Shown piece by piece: positions 61,984 through 64,000 of a stretch of 64,000 bases of DNA. The stretch is from an uncultured Aliarcobacter sp. Lineage in GTDB: Bacteria > Campylobacterota > Campylobacteria > Campylobacterales > Arcobacteraceae. The position numbers and the translations under genes were made by a program. Within the stretch, counting starts at the first letter, position 1, and each line of letters starts with the position of its first letter. The notes beneath the pieces were generated by a model, which worked only from the letters and a program-made list of their open reading frames with translations, did not search any database and was not told the origin of the DNA. The stretch lies in NCBI GenBank assembly GCA_963664305.2, contig CAXXLV010000002.1:1152001-1216000 (forward strand), in the 5' to 3' direction.

Positions 61984-63238
61984 TCTTTTGTGAAATTATA
62001 ATCTCATCATCAACTTTTAAATCATTTGATTCAACAGTTGTCAATTTTCCATCAGTATCTAAAACTTTTACCATTACACGTTTAGGTTGATTATTTTCCA
62101 TTATAAATATTGGAGAAAATTCTCTTTTACCTAACTCCTTAGTTCCATTTTCTCCTGAAGGACGTCTTGGAGGTCCTACAAAGTTCATAGTTCCTTTTCT
62201 CTCATCTGCTTGCGGTAATTTTGGTTTAAATCTCAATGCACTATTTGGAATAATTAATTTATCAATACTTTGTTTGGTAATAATATTTGCAGTTGCAGTC
62301 ATACCTGGTCTTAAAAGTAATTCTTCATTATCAACTGAAACTACAGTTTCATAAGTTACTACTCCATTTGTATCAGTTGGGTTTAGTCTTACTTGTTTTA
62401 TTTTTCCTTTAAATGTTTTGTTTGGATACGCATCAACTGTAAAAGTAACAGGTAAATCTTTTTTGATATCTGCAACATCTGCTTCATCAATACTTACAAT
62501 TAAATCCATACTTCTTAAATCTTTTGCTAAAGTAAAAAGTTTTGGTGCATTCATTGAAGCAGCTAATGTTTGACCAACTTCAACTGCTCTATCTAAAACA
62601 ATACCTTTAATAGATGATTTAACCTCAGCTTTATCCAGATTCTGTAATGCAGTTTTTAAAGTAAATGAAGCTTGTTCTACTTTTGATTTTGCAGCTTCTA
62701 AAGATGAAACTGCACCTTCATAAGAAAATTTGGCTTGGTCAAGTTCATTTTGAGATGGATATTTTCCACCTGAACTATTAAACATTTTTAAAGTTCTATC
62801 ATAAATTAATTTTTTATTTTTTAAATCAACTTCACTCTCTTTTTGATTTGCTTTAGCTATTGCAAGTGCTGCTGTTTGCCCATCAACTTCTGATTGCAAT
62901 TTTCTAGTGTCAAGTCTTGCTAAAACTTGCCCTACTTCAACTTCATCATTAAAATCAACATAAATATCTTTTATTGTTCCAGATACTTCAACCCCTATTT
63001 CAACACTATTTGTTGGACTTAAATTTCCTGTTGCACTTACAATAACAGATAAATCACCTCTAGTTACTTTTTTTGTAGAATACTCAATAACTTCACTCTT
63101 ATTTGTTTTATTCATAATAAAAAAATAATAAATAGCAATTCCTAATAAACCTAAAAACAGTATTCCAAAAATATAAACTTTTTTTGATTTTTTATTACTA
63201 TGACTCTCTAATTCTTCTAATAATTTTTTATCTTCCAT
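61964..63238 (-). CDS. Periplasmic adaptor subunit (MacA-like)
   Basis: N-terminal TM, VSGTI, GQVLARLD, VDAYP, LRPGMTA. Confidence 0.9.
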   Translation of the reverse strand: MEDKKLLEELESHSNKKSKKVYIFGILFLGLLGIAIYYFFIMNKTNKSEVIEYSTKKVTRGDLSVIVSATGNLSPTNSVEIGVEVSGTIKDIYVDFNDEVEVGQVLARLDTRKLQSEVDGQTAALAIAKANQKESEVDLKNKKLIYDRTLKMFNSSGGKYPSQNELDQAKFSYEGAVSSLEAAKSKVEQASFTLKTALQNLDKAEVKSSIKGIVLDRAVEVGQTLAASMNAPKLFTLAKDLRSMDLIVSIDEADVADIKKDLPVTFTVDAYPNKTFKGKIKQVRLNPTDTNGVVTYETVVSVDNEELLLRPGMTATANIITKQSIDKLIIPNSALRFKPKLPQADERKGTMNFVGPPRRPSGENGTKELGKREFSPIFIMENNQPKRVMVKVLDTDGKLTTVESNDLKVDDEIIISQKSENGNK

Positions 63239-63243
63239 TTACC

Positions 63244-64000
63244 TTAGCCTTTTATCTTAAAATATAACTTTGAAAATTGCAGTTTGATATTAATATCATT
63301 TATTTGTAAATCATATTCATTTACTTTTTTTGTATTATTTAATATTTCTAAATCATAAACAGAAGTCATTCCAAATTGATTTGAAACTCTATTAGCTGCA
63401 ATTAAATCATCATATAAATTTATGTTATTTTCAATGATTTTATTTTGTTTTTTATAAGTATCAATTTGATTAATAATCTGCTCATACTCATAAGCTAATT
63501 CATTTTTCTTATCATTAGTTGAACTTTTTTGTTTAAGATATTCTAACTTTGAATCTTGTAATTTATTTGATTTATTATAATCATATAAAGGAACAGACAA
63601 AGTCAAAGAAGCACTTCCACTTGTTTCATCTTCATTTGCATTTTTTATTAAATCATCTACATTTGAATAAGAACTATTAAGTCCCAATGAAACTTTTGGA
63701 AGATAGTTAGTTTTTGTTTTTTTATAACTTGTATTTAACATTTCAACTTTTGCATCTTCAACTAAATAGTCAATATTTTTGCTTACATAATCCTCTTTTG
63801 AAATATTTCTAAAATCTAATATTTCAATTTCTTCATATTTTAAATCTGTATATTTTGATAGCTCTAAAACTTTATCTTTTAAGGAATTTTCTAAAGAAAT
63901 ATTATCTTGAATTTGACTATTCTTACTCATTAATGCATTATTTAATTCAACAATATCAGTGTCTCCTGCTTCATATTGAATTTTTTTAATACTTAATTCT
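63244..64000 (-). CDS. TolC family outer membrane protein, 5' end outside window
   Basis: Frame stays open to the window end (QYEAGDTD..EL); YLPKVSL, LSVPLYD. Confidence 0.8.
   Translation of the reverse strand, partial: ELSIKKIQYEAGDTDIVELNNALMSKNSQIQDNISLENSLKDKVLELSKYTDLKYEEIEILDFRNISKEDYVSKNIDYLVEDAKVEMLNTSYKKTKTNYLPKVSLGLNSSYSNVDDLIKNANEDETSGSASLTLSVPLYDYNKSNKLQDSKLEYLKQKSSTNDKKNELAYEYEQIINQIDTYKKQNKIIENNINLYDDLIAANRVSNQFGMTSVYDLEILNNTKKVNEYDLQINDINIKLQFSKLYFKIKG

Noticed and set aside
1..64000. CRISPR arrays, tRNA/rRNA genes, transposases, integrases, prophage or defence genes
   Set aside because: None recognised; no regularly spaced repeats or GC-rich structural RNA blocks were seen, though a covariance-model scan was not possible

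Overview
Very AT-rich bacterial chromosome segment. Gene content and protein sequences point to Campylobacterota, most likely Arcobacteraceae (inference). Positions 1-34 kb are mostly core genome: a truncated soluble sensor-like ORF, aspS, the S10-spc ribosomal protein cluster (rpsJ to secY-map-infA, ending in a terminator with no alpha operon), cell wall and repair genes (murF-like, ddl, ruvA, recO), truD, thiL, ychF and chemotaxis genes. Positions 34.5-40.5 kb hold signalling genes (diguanylate cyclase, 7TM-DISM kinase plus response regulator, PAS chemoreceptor). Positions 40.9-60 kb form an iron island with at least eight Fur-box-like sites. It carries two TonB-dependent receptor modules, one led by a hemP gene missing from the ORF track, plus a two-component system and a Fur-family gene. 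The most notable part is a compact operon (HMA-like protein, membrane-anchored ferritin-like protein, three small GxxxG-type membrane proteins, P1B-6-type ATPase with DYSCA/HNGTT motifs) that matches the architecture of ferrosome (fez) iron-storage organelle clusters. The window ends in a MacAB-TolC-type ABC exporter. No rRNA, tRNA, CRISPR array or transposase was recognised. All calls come from reading motifs by eye; no searches were run.
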